Below are positions 1-11,631 of a stretch of DNA of 64,000 nt, one piece after another (positions within the stretch are counted from its first letter, which is position 1; each line of letters begins with the position of its first letter). The notes below the pieces were generated by a model. It had not been told where the DNA came from. It was given only the letters and a program-made list of their open reading frames with translations, and made no database searches. The translations under genes were made by a program, and so were the position numbers. The stretch lies in NCBI GenBank assembly GCA_943788195.1, contig CALSPH010000001.1, positions 829,467 through 893,466 of the forward strand, given 5' to 3'. This DNA comes from an uncultured Bacteroidia bacterium (lineage in GTDB: Bacteria; Bacteroidota; Bacteroidia; NS11-12g; UBA955).

Positions 1-760
1 AGCGCAGCAAGCCAATGCGGCCAATAATCAAGCAAGTCTTTTCGGTGGAGACCAAGGGGCCAGTTTGCGTGCGCCTTCTTTGCCCACGGTTGAAGCCATG
101 GGTATGATTGAAGAGTTACGCCACGAGCGTGAGGTTGTCGGCATGTATATCTCTGGTCATCCTTTGGATTTGTATGGTTTTGAATGTAAAAGGATCGCAG
201 ATTCCAATTGCATTCAAATGGCTGATTTAGATGAAATTGTAGGCAATACCATAAAGCTGGCAGGAATTATTACTCAAGTGGAAGAACGAGTTAATCAGCA
301 AGGAACCCCTTGGGGTAAATTTGTGTTGGAGGATTACGTGGGTAGCTATGCCTTTAATCTATATAAAGAAGATTACGCACGTTTCAGCCCGAAGCTTAAA
401 GCAGAGAGTCATGTGCTGATTACAGTGGAGGTGTATCAATATAAGAAGTACAGTACGGACGAAACAATAACTGCAACTAAATTTAAAAATGTAGAAGCCC
501 TGGAAAATACCATGCAGATTTATGTGCGCAGCATCGCTGCTCAAATGGATTGGAAGGCATTGGATTATGAAAAAGTAGATCAAATGGTGGCCGTGATTGA
601 AGAAAATAAAGGAAATACGCGTTTTAACTTTAAGTTTTTTGACAATGATGATGGAGGAGAAGTAGAATTAGGCAATGAAGATTTGAAAGTGAAACCCAGT
701 CTAAAATTGGTAGAAGCCTTTGAGGAAATGGGATGTAAAATGAGTGTGGAGATGAATTAA
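1..760 (+). CDS. dnaE: DNA polymerase III alpha subunit, C-terminal part. The gene starts upstream of the window.
   Basis: The frame is open from base 1. It carries the 'YISGHPLD' motif and OB-fold tail typical of the DnaE C-terminus. The stop is TAA at 758-760. Confidence 0.75.
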   Translation, partial: AQQANAANNQASLFGGDQGASLRAPSLPTVEAMGMIEELRHEREVVGMYISGHPLDLYGFECKRIADSNCIQMADLDEIVGNTIKLAGIITQVEERVNQQGTPWGKFVLEDYVGSYAFNLYKEDYARFSPKLKAESHVLITVEVYQYKKYSTDETITATKFKNVEALENTMQIYVRSIAAQMDWKALDYEKVDQMVAVIEENKGNTRFNFKFFDNDDGGEVELGNEDLKVKPSLKLVEAFEEMGCKMSVEMN

Positions 761-840
761 TGGACTGATACAGCCTATTTCGTTTCTGACAATTATGTTA
801 TCCCATCGTGAACAAAATAATATTATTGGAAGAACTGGAT

Positions 841-2634
841 TTATTTAAAAAATTCAAGCACCTTTTTAGCTCGACTTTCCCCAATAACTATTGCTAAGTT
901 GGCCAAACCCTGTTCTTTAATTTTTTTAACACTTTTAAATTTAGCTAGAAGCGCATTTGCACTTTCCTCTCCAATTCCAGGTATATCGTCTAAAACTGTT
1001 TTAAGACTTCCTTTATTTCGCTTCTTACGATGCGCAGTTATGCCAAAACGATGCGCTTCATCGCGCATCTGTTGGATAATCTTCAGGGTCTCTGAACGCT
1101 TATCAATATACAAAGGCAACGGATCCTCAGGGTAATAGATTTCTTCCAACCGTTTAGCAATTCCTATGATGGCAATCTTACCATAAACCCCAACATCTTT
1201 TAAAGCTTGAACCGAACTGCTTAACTGGCCCTTGCCTCCATCAATTACAATCAATTGGGGTAAAGGTTGATTTTCGGCAACAAGTCGACTGTACCTGCGC
1301 GTTAAAACTTCATACATGGTGGCAAAATCATCTGGACCAACCACGGTTTTAACATTAAAAATGCGATAATCTCTTTTACTGGGTTTCCCGTTTTTGAAAA
1401 CAACGCATGCCGAAACTGCATTAGTTCCTTGTAGGTTACTGTTGTCAAAACATTCTGCATGAACTGGGGCCTCGGTCAGTCTCAATTCTTTTTGCATTAA
1501 TGTCATGATTCGCTCTACCTTCAAATCTGGATTGAGTTTTTCATATTGACTCATCTTCTCTTTCTTGTAGTACATGCAGTTCTTAAAAGATAAATCAATG
1601 AGTTTCTTTTTATCACCTGCCCTTGGAATAATCATTTCAAAACGATCATCCTCTAGGTCAAGATTGAAGGGTAGGATCAGCTGCTTATTAGGCGCACCGT
1701 ACAAATTATGTACTTCTGCAATTGCGGTAAGCAGAATCTCCTTTTCGGTTTCATCGAGCTTGCTTCTAAGCTCAATATTTCGGGTTTGCACAATAATGCC
1801 GTTGCTGACTCGGAGAAAATTGGCAAAGGCATAATTCCCTTCCTTAAGAATATGGAAGACATCTACGTTTCCAACGGTATGACTAACTATGGTTGATTTA
1901 GCCTGGTATTTTTGGAGATGCTCAATTTTTTGTTTGTAAAGGTGCGCTTTCTCAAAATGCGTTTCCTCCGAAGCGGTTTTCATTAAGGTCTTCAAATGTC
2001 GAGAAACCTCTTTTAAATTACCTTTCAACAGATAACGGATATGCTGAATGCTTTCCATATAGTCCTCTTCAGATTGCAATCCTTCACATGGCCCCAGGCA
2101 ATTCCCAATTTGATATTCTAAACACACCTTGAACTTACCTGTGTCTATGTTCTTTTGGCTCAGGTTTAAGTTGCAATTCCGAATCGGGTATAATTGTTTT
2201 ATAAGATCCAAGACGGTATGCATAATACGCACCGATGCAAATGGGCCAAAGTATTCAGAGCCATCATTCATGGGGTTGCGCATCGGAAAAACCTTTGGAA
2301 ATCGTTCTTTGGTAATTTTTATAAGCGGATACGACTTGTCATCCTTTAAATTGATATTATACTTTGGCTGGAGCTCTTTTATCAGGCTGTTTTCAAGGAG
2401 TAGCGCATCAAACTCAGTATCCACAACAGTAAATTCAATGTGATCTATTTGAGAAACTAAAACGGCTGTTTTTCTGTTCTCGTGTTTTTTGGTAAAGTAG
2501 GAACTTACCCTTTTCTTTAAGTTTTTGGCCTTGCCTACATAAATTATTTTCCGTGCTTTGTCGTGATATTTATAGATACCTGGGCTGGTAGGTAGATTAG
2601 ATATCTGAGATTGCAAATGCGCTTTTTCGGCCAC
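841..2634 (-). CDS. uvrC: Excinuclease ABC subunit C
   Basis: 597 aa. N-terminal GIY-YIG motif (GIYKYHD...IYVGKAKNLKKR). C-terminal HhH region. Length and order match UvrC. Confidence 0.9.
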   Translation of the reverse strand: MAEKAHLQSQISNLPTSPGIYKYHDKARKIIYVGKAKNLKKRVSSYFTKKHENRKTAVLVSQIDHIEFTVVDTEFDALLLENSLIKELQPKYNINLKDDKSYPLIKITKERFPKVFPMRNPMNDGSEYFGPFASVRIMHTVLDLIKQLYPIRNCNLNLSQKNIDTGKFKVCLEYQIGNCLGPCEGLQSEEDYMESIQHIRYLLKGNLKEVSRHLKTLMKTASEETHFEKAHLYKQKIEHLQKYQAKSTIVSHTVGNVDVFHILKEGNYAFANFLRVSNGIIVQTRNIELRSKLDETEKEILLTAIAEVHNLYGAPNKQLILPFNLDLEDDRFEMIIPRAGDKKKLIDLSFKNCMYYKKEKMSQYEKLNPDLKVERIMTLMQKELRLTEAPVHAECFDNSNLQGTNAVSACVVFKNGKPSKRDYRIFNVKTVVGPDDFATMYEVLTRRYSRLVAENQPLPQLIVIDGGKGQLSSSVQALKDVGVYGKIAIIGIAKRLEEIYYPEDPLPLYIDKRSETLKIIQQMRDEAHRFGITAHRKKRNKGSLKTVLDDIPGIGEESANALLAKFKSVKKIKEQGLANLAIVIGESRAKKVLEFFK

Positions 2635-2798
2635 AAGGCAAAGTTAGGTATTTTTCAAATCGCTCTTTCTAGTTTCCTCAGAAAAGGGTAAATATGCCAA
2701 ATGGATAAGTGTACGGGCTAAATTGCTTGCATTTATTGCCGGCAAATTATAATTATTCGTTTTTACAAACGTTTGACCATCAAAACCTACGCAATTTT

Positions 2799-2806
2799 TT
2801 GTAGGT
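2799..2806 (+). promoter_or_regulatory. Candidate Bacteroidota σA -7 element (TAGGTTTG, matches TAnnTTTG) upstream of the A2M gene
   Basis: Exact match to TAnnTTTG, ending 20 nt before the ATG at 2827. Confidence 0.3.
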
Positions 2807-2826
2807 TTGAGAAAACTACCGTTGCT

Positions 2827-5800
2827 ATGAAAAAACTGCTGCTGTTAATCCTGCCGATTTTACTATTGAGTTACGCTTGCAATCAATCCAATAAACTGAA
2901 TAAAGATTTTATGGATGCCTCGCATCAATATTATCCGTACATCAGCTCTTACACTTCAGGTACTGTTTCTAAAAACATCCCGATATCGGTTAAATTAAGA
3001 GCGCCTATTTCATCCTTGCCGGAGAAGGTGCTTAGTTTTTCTCCAAGTTTGGACGGGGATCTCAGATTGGATAAAGACAGTCAAACATTAATTTTTATAC
3101 CCAATAAGGCCCTAGCAGGAGGCAAAGTGTATACGGGTAAACTAAATCTCAAGAAATTGGTCCCAGAAATCGACAAGGAATTGGCAGATTTTAAATTTCA
3201 AATTCAAGTAATAAAGCAGGATTATTCTTATAAGATTTATAGTATGAAGCCCTATAATGGCAAGAAGCTAAAATACAATCAAATAAAAGGCGAATTGACT
3301 TCTGCAGATGATTTGACAACTGAAGAGCTGATAGTATTCTGGGTGTTACCCAAGCTGGAAACAACTTTGATGTAAAATGGCAAAGTCCCAATAGCAATAA
3401 GCATTATTTCACTATAGATAGTGCTGTGCGTAATAGCAGTGCACAGGATGTGAATTTTGCTTTTGATGGAAAGTCAGCTGGTGTAGATCGCAGTGAAAGT
3501 GCAGTATATACCATACCAGCGATTAACAGTTTTGAGTTAATTAGTTCGCGTGTAGTAACCTCGGATGAGCCTTATGTTTCTCTTATTTTTTCAGACCCAA
3601 TAAAGGAACAGAGCTTAACGGGGTTAATCAAATTTGAAAACAATGGTCCTGGAGTTAAAAACCTGGAAGTTGATTTGAACGAAATAAAGGTATATCCCAG
3701 TGCAAATCGAACGGGAGATTATCAATTGTTAATTAATAAAGGAATTCAAAACTATGCGGACGGAAACTGAATAAGTCTTCAAGCCAGTTGGTGACCTTAG
3801 AAGATAACAAGCCATCGATAGAATTAATTGGTGATGGAAACATTTTGCCTCATTCGGATAAGTTGTTGTTTCCGTTTTACTCAACGGCCTTAAAAGGGGT
3901 GCATCTGTCTATTTTTAAAATATATGGAAACAATGTAGTTCAATTCTTTCAAGAGAATAATTATGATGGATCATATCGCTTGCGACAAGTAGGTCGACCT
4001 GTTTTTGAAAAGGATATTTATTTCACCCAAAAAGGAGGGGTGGATTTAAACGAAAAGAATCTTTTCAGCTTTGATTTAAGTAAGTTTATAGAACCCGATC
4101 CGGGGGCAATTTATCGGTGTAGACTTGAGTATGAGACCTCATCTATCCAATTATAAATGCATGAACAATGATGGGCAAAAAGAAATTGAGGAAAATGACC
4201 CAACAGATGATTGGGACATCGGATTATTACAACAAATTACTTTTATCCTGACGGCTATGAGTGGAGAAAGAGAAAAGATCCGTGCCACGTGTCTTACTAT
4301 ACAAGTAATAGAGCAGTCAGTCGGAATATCGTCGTGGCCTCAAATTTTGGTATTATCGCCAAGCAAACCAATACCAAAGAGTTGGATGTTACCATCACGG
4401 ATTTGCGAACTACTGCGCCATTGGCCAATATTAAAGTAAAAGTGTATGATTTTCAACAGCAAGTGATTGCTGAAACCCAAAACCGATGGGAAAGGATTTG
4501 TACGTATAAAATTGAAGCGCAAGCCGTTTGTTGTTGTTGCTGAACATGGAAAGGAAAAGGGTTATTTGAAATTGGGATATGGTAGTGCATTGAACATGAG
4601 TCGATTTGACATTAACGGAGTAACTACAAAAAAACGGATTGAAAGCATTTATTTATGGTGAACGAGGTGTTTGGCGGCCTGGAGATAGTATCTACCTAAC
4701 CTGCGTGCTTCACAACGCGCAACAAGCATTGCCTGAACATTACCCAATTACCCTTGAGTTATATAATCCACGAGAATCAATTATTCGAAAAGAAGATCAA
4801 TGCAAAAAGCAAGAATGGATTTTATTCTTTCGCCCTAAAAACACCAGTAGATGCCCCAACGGGAAATTGGAATGCAAGTGATAAAAGCAGGAGGGGAGTC
4901 GTTTTTCAAAACGAATAAAAATTGAGACCGTTAAGCCCAATAAATTAAAAATTAAACTGAATTTTGATAATGAGCTACTAACGGAAAGCAGTAATATGGC
5001 AAATCTAAATGTTGCTTGGTTGCATGGTGCTGTGGCTGCAAACTTAAAGGCGAATGTTACTGCCACCTTACAGAATACAAAAACCGAATTTAAGAATTTT
5101 GAAAACTATAACTTTGATAACCCAGGCAGGGATTTTGAGATTGAAGAACGCGTGGTGTTCAACAACACTGTGAATGCAAATGGCAGTGCATCTTTTCCAG
5201 TAAAATTAAATCTTGGCAGCAGCCAAACCTGCAGGCATGTTGAAGTTGGGGTTATTCACCAAAGTATTTGAAAAAGGGGGAGAATTCAGTACTCATTTTC
5301 AATCCAAAACATATTCTCCTTATGCATCTTATGTGGGTATGTTTATCGACTATACCTACAAAGATTGGGATATGTTGGAAACAGGTAAAAAGCATAAGGT
5401 AGCCATTGCCACCGTTGATCAGGAAGGAAATAAGCTGAGTAAAACAGGTGTAAAAGTACGATTGTATAAAATGAGACACAATTGGTGGTATTCGAGAAGT
5501 CGGGGTAGCAATGAATATATTAATTCTTATTACAGTGAATTGGTCGATGAACAAACGATCAATACCACCAATGGATTAGGTTATTATTCCATTAATATGA
5601 GTAATGATAAATGGGGTCGATATATGCTTAAAGTGGAGGACCCCTCAAGTAACCATATTGCAGCGCAAATATTTAGAATAGATTGGTCGGATTGGAGATC
5701 ACGTGGTTCAATGGGAGAAGATGTTTCTACTTTATCATTTGAAGCTGATAAGGAGAAATACAATGTGGGTGAAACTGCAGAAATCGTGATTCCTACATCA

Positions 5801-8347
5801 AAAAGCGGCAGAGCATTGCTGAGCATAGAAAACGGAACCACCATTATTGAAAAACGATGGATAGAAACCGAAGAAAAGCAAACAAAAATCAGCATCAAAC
5901 TTACACCTGAGATGTCTCCAAATGTATATGCACATATGACCTTGATTCAACCCCATGCTCAAACCGCGAACGATTTGCCTATACGAATGTATGGAGCCAC
6001 ACCCATTATGGTAGAGGACCCCAATTCGCATATCAAACCTGTACTAAAAACACCAACTAAAGTGCAACCTCAACAAGATTTTGAGGGTTACCGTTTCAGA
6101 AGAAAATAGGAAAGAAATGACCTATACACTTGCAGTGGTGGATGAAGGTCTGTTAGACTTAACATCATTTAAAACGCCAGATATTTGGGGGCATTTCCAT
6201 CAAAAAGAAGCGTTGGGTGTGCGCACATGGGATATGTACCATGCTGTGCTTGGGGCATTTGATGGTAAGATGGCCAATGTATTTGCCGTGGGTGGTAGTG
6301 ATGATGCCATGAAAGTCTTGGACAAAGCAAATATGAACCGCTTTAAACCAGTGGTTAAATTTATCGGACCATTTACTGTGGCAAAAGGCAAATCTAGAAA
6401 GCATAAAAATACATATGCCGAACTACATAGGAAGTGTAAAGGTGATGATCGTGGCGGGTAATCTAAATAATCAATTTGGTAGCGCAGTGAATGAAATTAA
6501 AGTGAAACAACCTCTGATGCTAACAACAACTTTACCCCGGGTATTGAGTCCAGGCGAAACGATAAATCTACCCATCACTCTCTTTGCGGAGAAAGGCATA
6601 AATAATGCTACGGTTACCATAGAGACCAATGATTTGTTAGTACCACAGCAAAACTACCTTTAATGTTAAGCTAAGCAATGAGGAAGAGACCATGCTTTAT
6701 GTGCCGGTAAAAGTGCCCGCTAAAATGGGTGCTGCATTTATTAAAGTAACGGCAAAATCAGGCAAGTATGTGAGCACTGAAGAGGTTAATATTCCAATTC
6801 GTTTACCCAATCCACCTATAACTCAAGTAAATTCAGATGGTATCGAAAAGGATGAGTCAAAATCTTTTGATTATACCCTTTTTGGAGTGGAGGGAACCAA
6901 CAAGGTTACCTTGGAAGTGTCATCTATGCCAAATATCAATTTGACCAAACGCTTGAATTATTTGATTCGGTATCCACACGGTTGTGTTGAGCAGACCACG
7001 AGTTCTGTATTTCCACAATTGCATTTAAGTACCTTATTGGAGTTGAATGCAGATGAGAAGAAAAAAATAGAATCGAATATTAAAGCAGGAATTGAGCGAC
7101 TACGGAATATGCAACTGAGTAATGGAGGTATTGGGTATTGGCCTGGAGCAAATATGGCAAATGAATGGGGTACCAATTATGCCGGACATTTTATGATTGC
7201 TGCCGAGAAAATGGGATATGCATTACCAGTAGGATTTAAAAAATCGTGGTTGAAATATCAAAAAGCGAGATCGAATCAATGGAATGGACGTTCCAGTGCG
7301 TATAATTATGGTTTGGGTTCACATCAATTGAATCAAGCATATCGATTGTATACGATGGCCTTGGCAGGTAAACCGAATTTGGGCGCAATGAATCGACTGA
7401 GAGAAGATGATAAATTAATCAGTCAAGCAGCGTGGCGTTTGGCCGCGGCTTACGCCCTTGCCGGTAAATCATCCATAGCTAAAAACTTAATTACATTGCA
7501 TCCTACTTTCGAGAATTATAGCAATCCATATTACTATTATTACACCTACGGTTCACCGGTTCGAGATCAAGCAATGAAGCTGGAAACCTATGCCATCATG
7601 AAAGAATTTAGTGCAGGTATGCCAGTGTTTAATCAAATTACTCAATCATTGCGCAATCAGAACTGGATGAGTACGCAAACCACAGCATATGCTTTACTCG
7701 CGGTTGCACAATTTGCAGGCGGTCAATCCAAAAAAGGAATTCAGTTTAAATATGTAACCTCAGATGGAAAATCGCACTCATACAAATCCAACACGGCTAC
7801 TTTAGCAAGGATTAATTTAGTGACTAAATCGGGTTCTGTTAAAATTGAAAACACCAATGGAACGCGCTTATTTGTCAATTTAATCAATCAAGGAACTGCC
7901 CTGGATGCAAATATTCCAAGTACGAATAAAAATCTGAAGATGACTGTTTCGTACCAAGATATGCAAGGCAATTCGGTGAACGAAAAGCGCTTGAGTCAAG
8001 GAACTGATTTTAAAGCAGTCGTAACCATAACGAATACTAATACGATCGGAAATTATCGGGATCTTGCCTTATCGCAAATTTTCCCTTCCGGTTGGGAGAT
8101 CATCAACTTACGATTAAATGATCGCTCGTCTTCGCATCAAAAAAGTATTCCTACATACCAAGATATTCGGGATGATCGTGTGTATACCTATTTTGATTTG
8201 CGGATCAATGAATCCAAAACGTTTGTAGTGTTATTGAATGCGGCTTATAAAGGCAGCTATCATTTGCCAGCCGTAGAGTGCGAGGCAATGTATAACAATG
8301 ATATTCAGGCCGTGCAAACCAATTCGAAAGTTGAAGTAAACTTAGTC
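2827..8347 (+). pseudogene. Alpha-2-macroglobulin family lipoprotein (YfhM/ECAM-like), fragmented by ≥11 frameshifts
   Basis: Twelve consecutive same-strand ORF pieces between 2773 and 8347 switch frame repeatedly (1,0,2,0,2,0,1,1,2,0,1,2). The first has a lipoprotein signal (MKKLLLLILPILLLSYAC). The pieces carry MG-domain-like segments and the thioester motif GCVEQ (Cys codon at 6983-6985). An 'YTLAVVDEGLLDL' block is also present. In order, the pieces reconstruct a ~1800 aa A2M. Confidence 0.75.
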
Positions 8348-10655
8348 TTGTTCAGGCACAAATGGTTTAAGCGGGTTTGGAAAGGGTTGGTACTCGTGTT
8401 TTTGGCATGGTACATTTTCTTTTCATTGCCTGATCCTTTGTTCAGTAATTCTTCTTCCACCATCTTATTGAGTGAGGAGGATATTTTATTGGGTGGTGTT
8501 ATTGCCGATGATGAACAGTGGAGATTTCCATTAACCGATTCAGTATCCAACAAAGTAGAGCAATGCATTTTACATTTTGAGGATGAGTATTTTCGATATC
8601 ATTTCGGATTTAACCCGGTTTCTTTGTCAAAAGCATTTGTGCAGAATATCAAAACGGGTGGAATTGTAAGTGGGGCTTCAACAATCACCATGCAGACCGT
8701 CAGAATGGCGAAGGGCACACCGCAACGGAACTATTTGCAAAAATTAATAGAAATCATTGTTTCTACGCGAGTAGAATTAAAGTATTCAAAAGATGAAATT
8801 CTGCGTCATTATCTTTCGAATGCGCCATTTGGTGGAAATGTAGTTGGAATTGATGCGGCAGCTTGGAGATATTACAGGCGAATGTCGAATGAATTGTCTT
8901 GGGGCGAAGCGGCCACCTTAGCCGTTTTGCCCAATGCACCTTCTTTAATTTACCCAGGGAAGAATCAAGAAAAATTACGTAAAAAACGAAATCGATTGCT
9001 TTTTAAACTTTTAAAAAATGAGGTTATTGATCAATTTACTTATGAATTGGCCATTGAAGAACCTTTGCCACAAAAACCCAATGCGATGCCTCAGGATGCA
9101 CCTCATTTGTTGCAAAAGGTAAAAAAAGACCACCCCGGTGAGCGAGTGAATAGTAGCCTCCGATATGAAAATTCAACAAAAGCTAAATCAAGTGATTCGG
9201 AAGTATCACAATAGCTATAAAACTTCAGAAATACATAACATGGCAGGCATTGTGGTTGAAGTGAAATCAGCAAAGGTATTGGCCTATGCAGGTAATACAT
9301 ACGAGAAAGCGAATGACCATGCTAACAAGGTGGATATCGTACAGGCTTACCGAAGTTCGGGCAGTATTTTAAAACCATTTCTTCACGAACGCATGCTTTC
9401 TGAAGGCCAACTGTTACCGAAAATGTTGCTTCCAGATGTGCCTTACCGCGATATTAAGAACTACTCAGAATTATATGAAGGTGCAGTACCGGCAGATGAG
9501 GCATTGGCCAGATCTTTAAATATACCGGCAAGTGTACTATTAGGTCGTTTTGGATTAACAAAATTTAAGAATGAACTCAAGGATCGCGGATTTACTCAAT
9601 TTACAAAAAGCAGTACACATTATGGGCTGTCGATGGTGATTGGAGGAGGTGAAGTGAGTTTATTTGAATTGGCCCAAGCATATTGTAACATGGCCAGCAA
9701 TCTTAATGTCAAAACGGATCCATATAAATTTACTTTATTGAATTATACCCAGAGCTCTTCAGAAAGAAGGCGCAAAAAGGCAGTTGAGCCTTATGCCACC
9801 TATTTAACCGTAAAGGCGTTGAAAGAGGTGGTCCGTCCATCCAGTGAAGTAGGGTGGCAAAATTTTGAAGGCACTGGTGTCGCTTGGAAAACTGGCACAA
9901 GTCACGGGTTCAAAGATGCTTGGGCGGTTGCGATTACACCCGAAATAATCATTGCCATATGGGTTGGGAATGCGGATGGCGAAGGAAGACCTGGGATGAC
10001 AGGAACCAAAGTAGCCGCACCTGTATTATTTGACATGTTGGATTATTTCCGGCCGCTTGCACAATTCAACGAACCAGCGGCTGAAAAAAAGGCCGTAGAA
10101 ATTTGCACACGCAGTGGATACTTCCGCAGTGAACATTGCGAATCGCATAGCGTTGAAGTGTATCCCAGTTTTTTGGCCGATGGTAAACTTTGCCCTTTTC
10201 ACCGCACTTTATATTTGGATACAACATTGCAATACCGTGTAAATAGCAAGTGTTATGAAGTAAGTCAGATGGTGAAGAAAAAACAATTTGTTTTACCACC
10301 GAAACTGGCCTGGTTCTATCAACGGAAGCATCCCAATTATTTTGTTTTGCCCCCTTATTTCCCGGGTTGCGAATCGGGACAGGGGGTTATTGACTTAATT
10401 TACCCCAGGGAATTGTCATCCATTTATTTGCCCGTTGCTTTAGACGGCCGCAAGCAAAGTGTTATTTTTGAAGCAGTGTATGCAAATCGAGAAACTACTT
10501 TGTATTGGCATGTCGATGAGAAATTCATTACCGAATCCAAAGGAAGTCATCGAGTTGCATTAAATCCATTGGAAGGAGTTCATAAATTAACCATTACAGA
10601 TGCGATGGGAAATGAATTGATTCGTAAATTTGAAATCATGCCAAGTAAACAATGA
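8348..10655 (+). pseudogene. pbpC: Penicillin-binding protein 1C (transglycosylase plus transpeptidase), interrupted by a +1 frameshift near 9160-9170
   Basis: A GT51 glycosyltransferase block lies in frame 2 up to the stop at 9214. A transpeptidase block with the SxxK motif (SGSILKPF) lies in frame 0 from 9165. The two join if one C is removed from 'ctcCgatatg' (SSL|DMKIQQ). No stop separates it from the A2M portion upstream, and a TTG at 8348 is a possible start. A2M–pbpC is a conserved operon. Confidence 0.75.
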
Positions 10656-11578
10656 AAAAAATATACTCTCAGGTAAAAGCATTTATTGCCACCAGTTCTC
10701 CATGGTTTATTTTGCTCTGCGCGTTATGGGCGGCTTTTTTGATTGTATGGAATTATGGGTATGGTCTTGAAAAAGAAATGGTTGACGATTTGTCTGGATT
10801 CAAAGCCTGGAGAAACCACAGTTTAATTTATACGCTAGCATATTTGCCTCCTTTGTTGATGGCAGTTGTATTTGCAAAGCGCAGTTCAAGCTTGAAGAAT
10901 CCGTGGTTTTGGGTTATTGCTTTAGTCAGCCCATGGGTTTTTGCATATACATCCCATATCAATATCTCGAGAATGTTGGATTACAGCAGCTCCAACCTGA
11001 ATATGCTTTATTACTATAGCAAAATTAGTTTTTGGATTAGCCAGGTAATTATTGGTTTGGCATTCAGTTATATCATCTGGCGGTTAAAGGATCGAAATAA
11101 AATGGGCTTTTATGGATTTCAATTTAAAGGACACAAGCTAAAACCCTATTGGATCATGCTGGCCATTATGCTAATTCCGATACTCATTGCTGGAACAACA
11201 GATAGTTTTTTACATATGTACCCTCGGCTTAAACAACTTTTACACGAAAATTATGCTGCACTACCCCGTTGGAGACATCTCACCTATGAATTGGCATATG
11301 GGTTAAACTTTGTGGGTATAGAAGTGTTTTTTAGAGGTTTTCTGGTCATGGCGATGGTCAGCTTATTAGGCAAAGAAGCCATTCTTCCTATGGCGGTATT
11401 TTATGTAAGTATTCATTTTGGAAAACCTATGGGAGAGTGTATTAGCTCTTTTTTTGGGGGTAGTTTATTGGGTATTATAAGTTTTCATTCCAACTCAATT
11501 AAAGGAGGATTATTAGTTCATATGGGTATAGCATGGTTAATGGAAATATCAGGAGCTTTGGGTTTGTGGGTATGGTAA
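10652..11578 (+). CDS. CPBP-family (CAAX/Abi-like) intramembrane metalloprotease, putative
   Basis: 308 aa polytopic membrane protein. It has an 'IEVFFRGFL' ExxxR-like motif and a downstream H-rich helix. The ATGA overlap with the pbpC stop suggests co-transcription. Confidence 0.45.
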   Translation: MKKIYSQVKAFIATSSPWFILLCALWAAFLIVWNYGYGLEKEMVDDLSGFKAWRNHSLIYTLAYLPPLLMAVVFAKRSSSLKNPWFWVIALVSPWVFAYTSHINISRMLDYSSSNLNMLYYYSKISFWISQVIIGLAFSYIIWRLKDRNKMGFYGFQFKGHKLKPYWIMLAIMLIPILIAGTTDSFLHMYPRLKQLLHENYAALPRWRHLTYELAYGLNFVGIEVFFRGFLVMAMVSLLGKEAILPMAVFYVSIHFGKPMGECISSFFGGSLLGIISFHSNSIKGGLLVHMGIAWLMEISGALGLWVW

Positions 11579-11631
11579 TTCGAATATAACTAGTCAGGAT
11601 TTAAATTCTGCGTACGAATCCTTATTCACTA

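Noticed and set aside
2827-8347. Programmed ribosomal frameshifting in the A2M gene
   Set aside because: There are at least 11 shifts of mixed direction, with no slippery heptamers or downstream structures at the junctions inspected. That is incompatible with programmed recoding.
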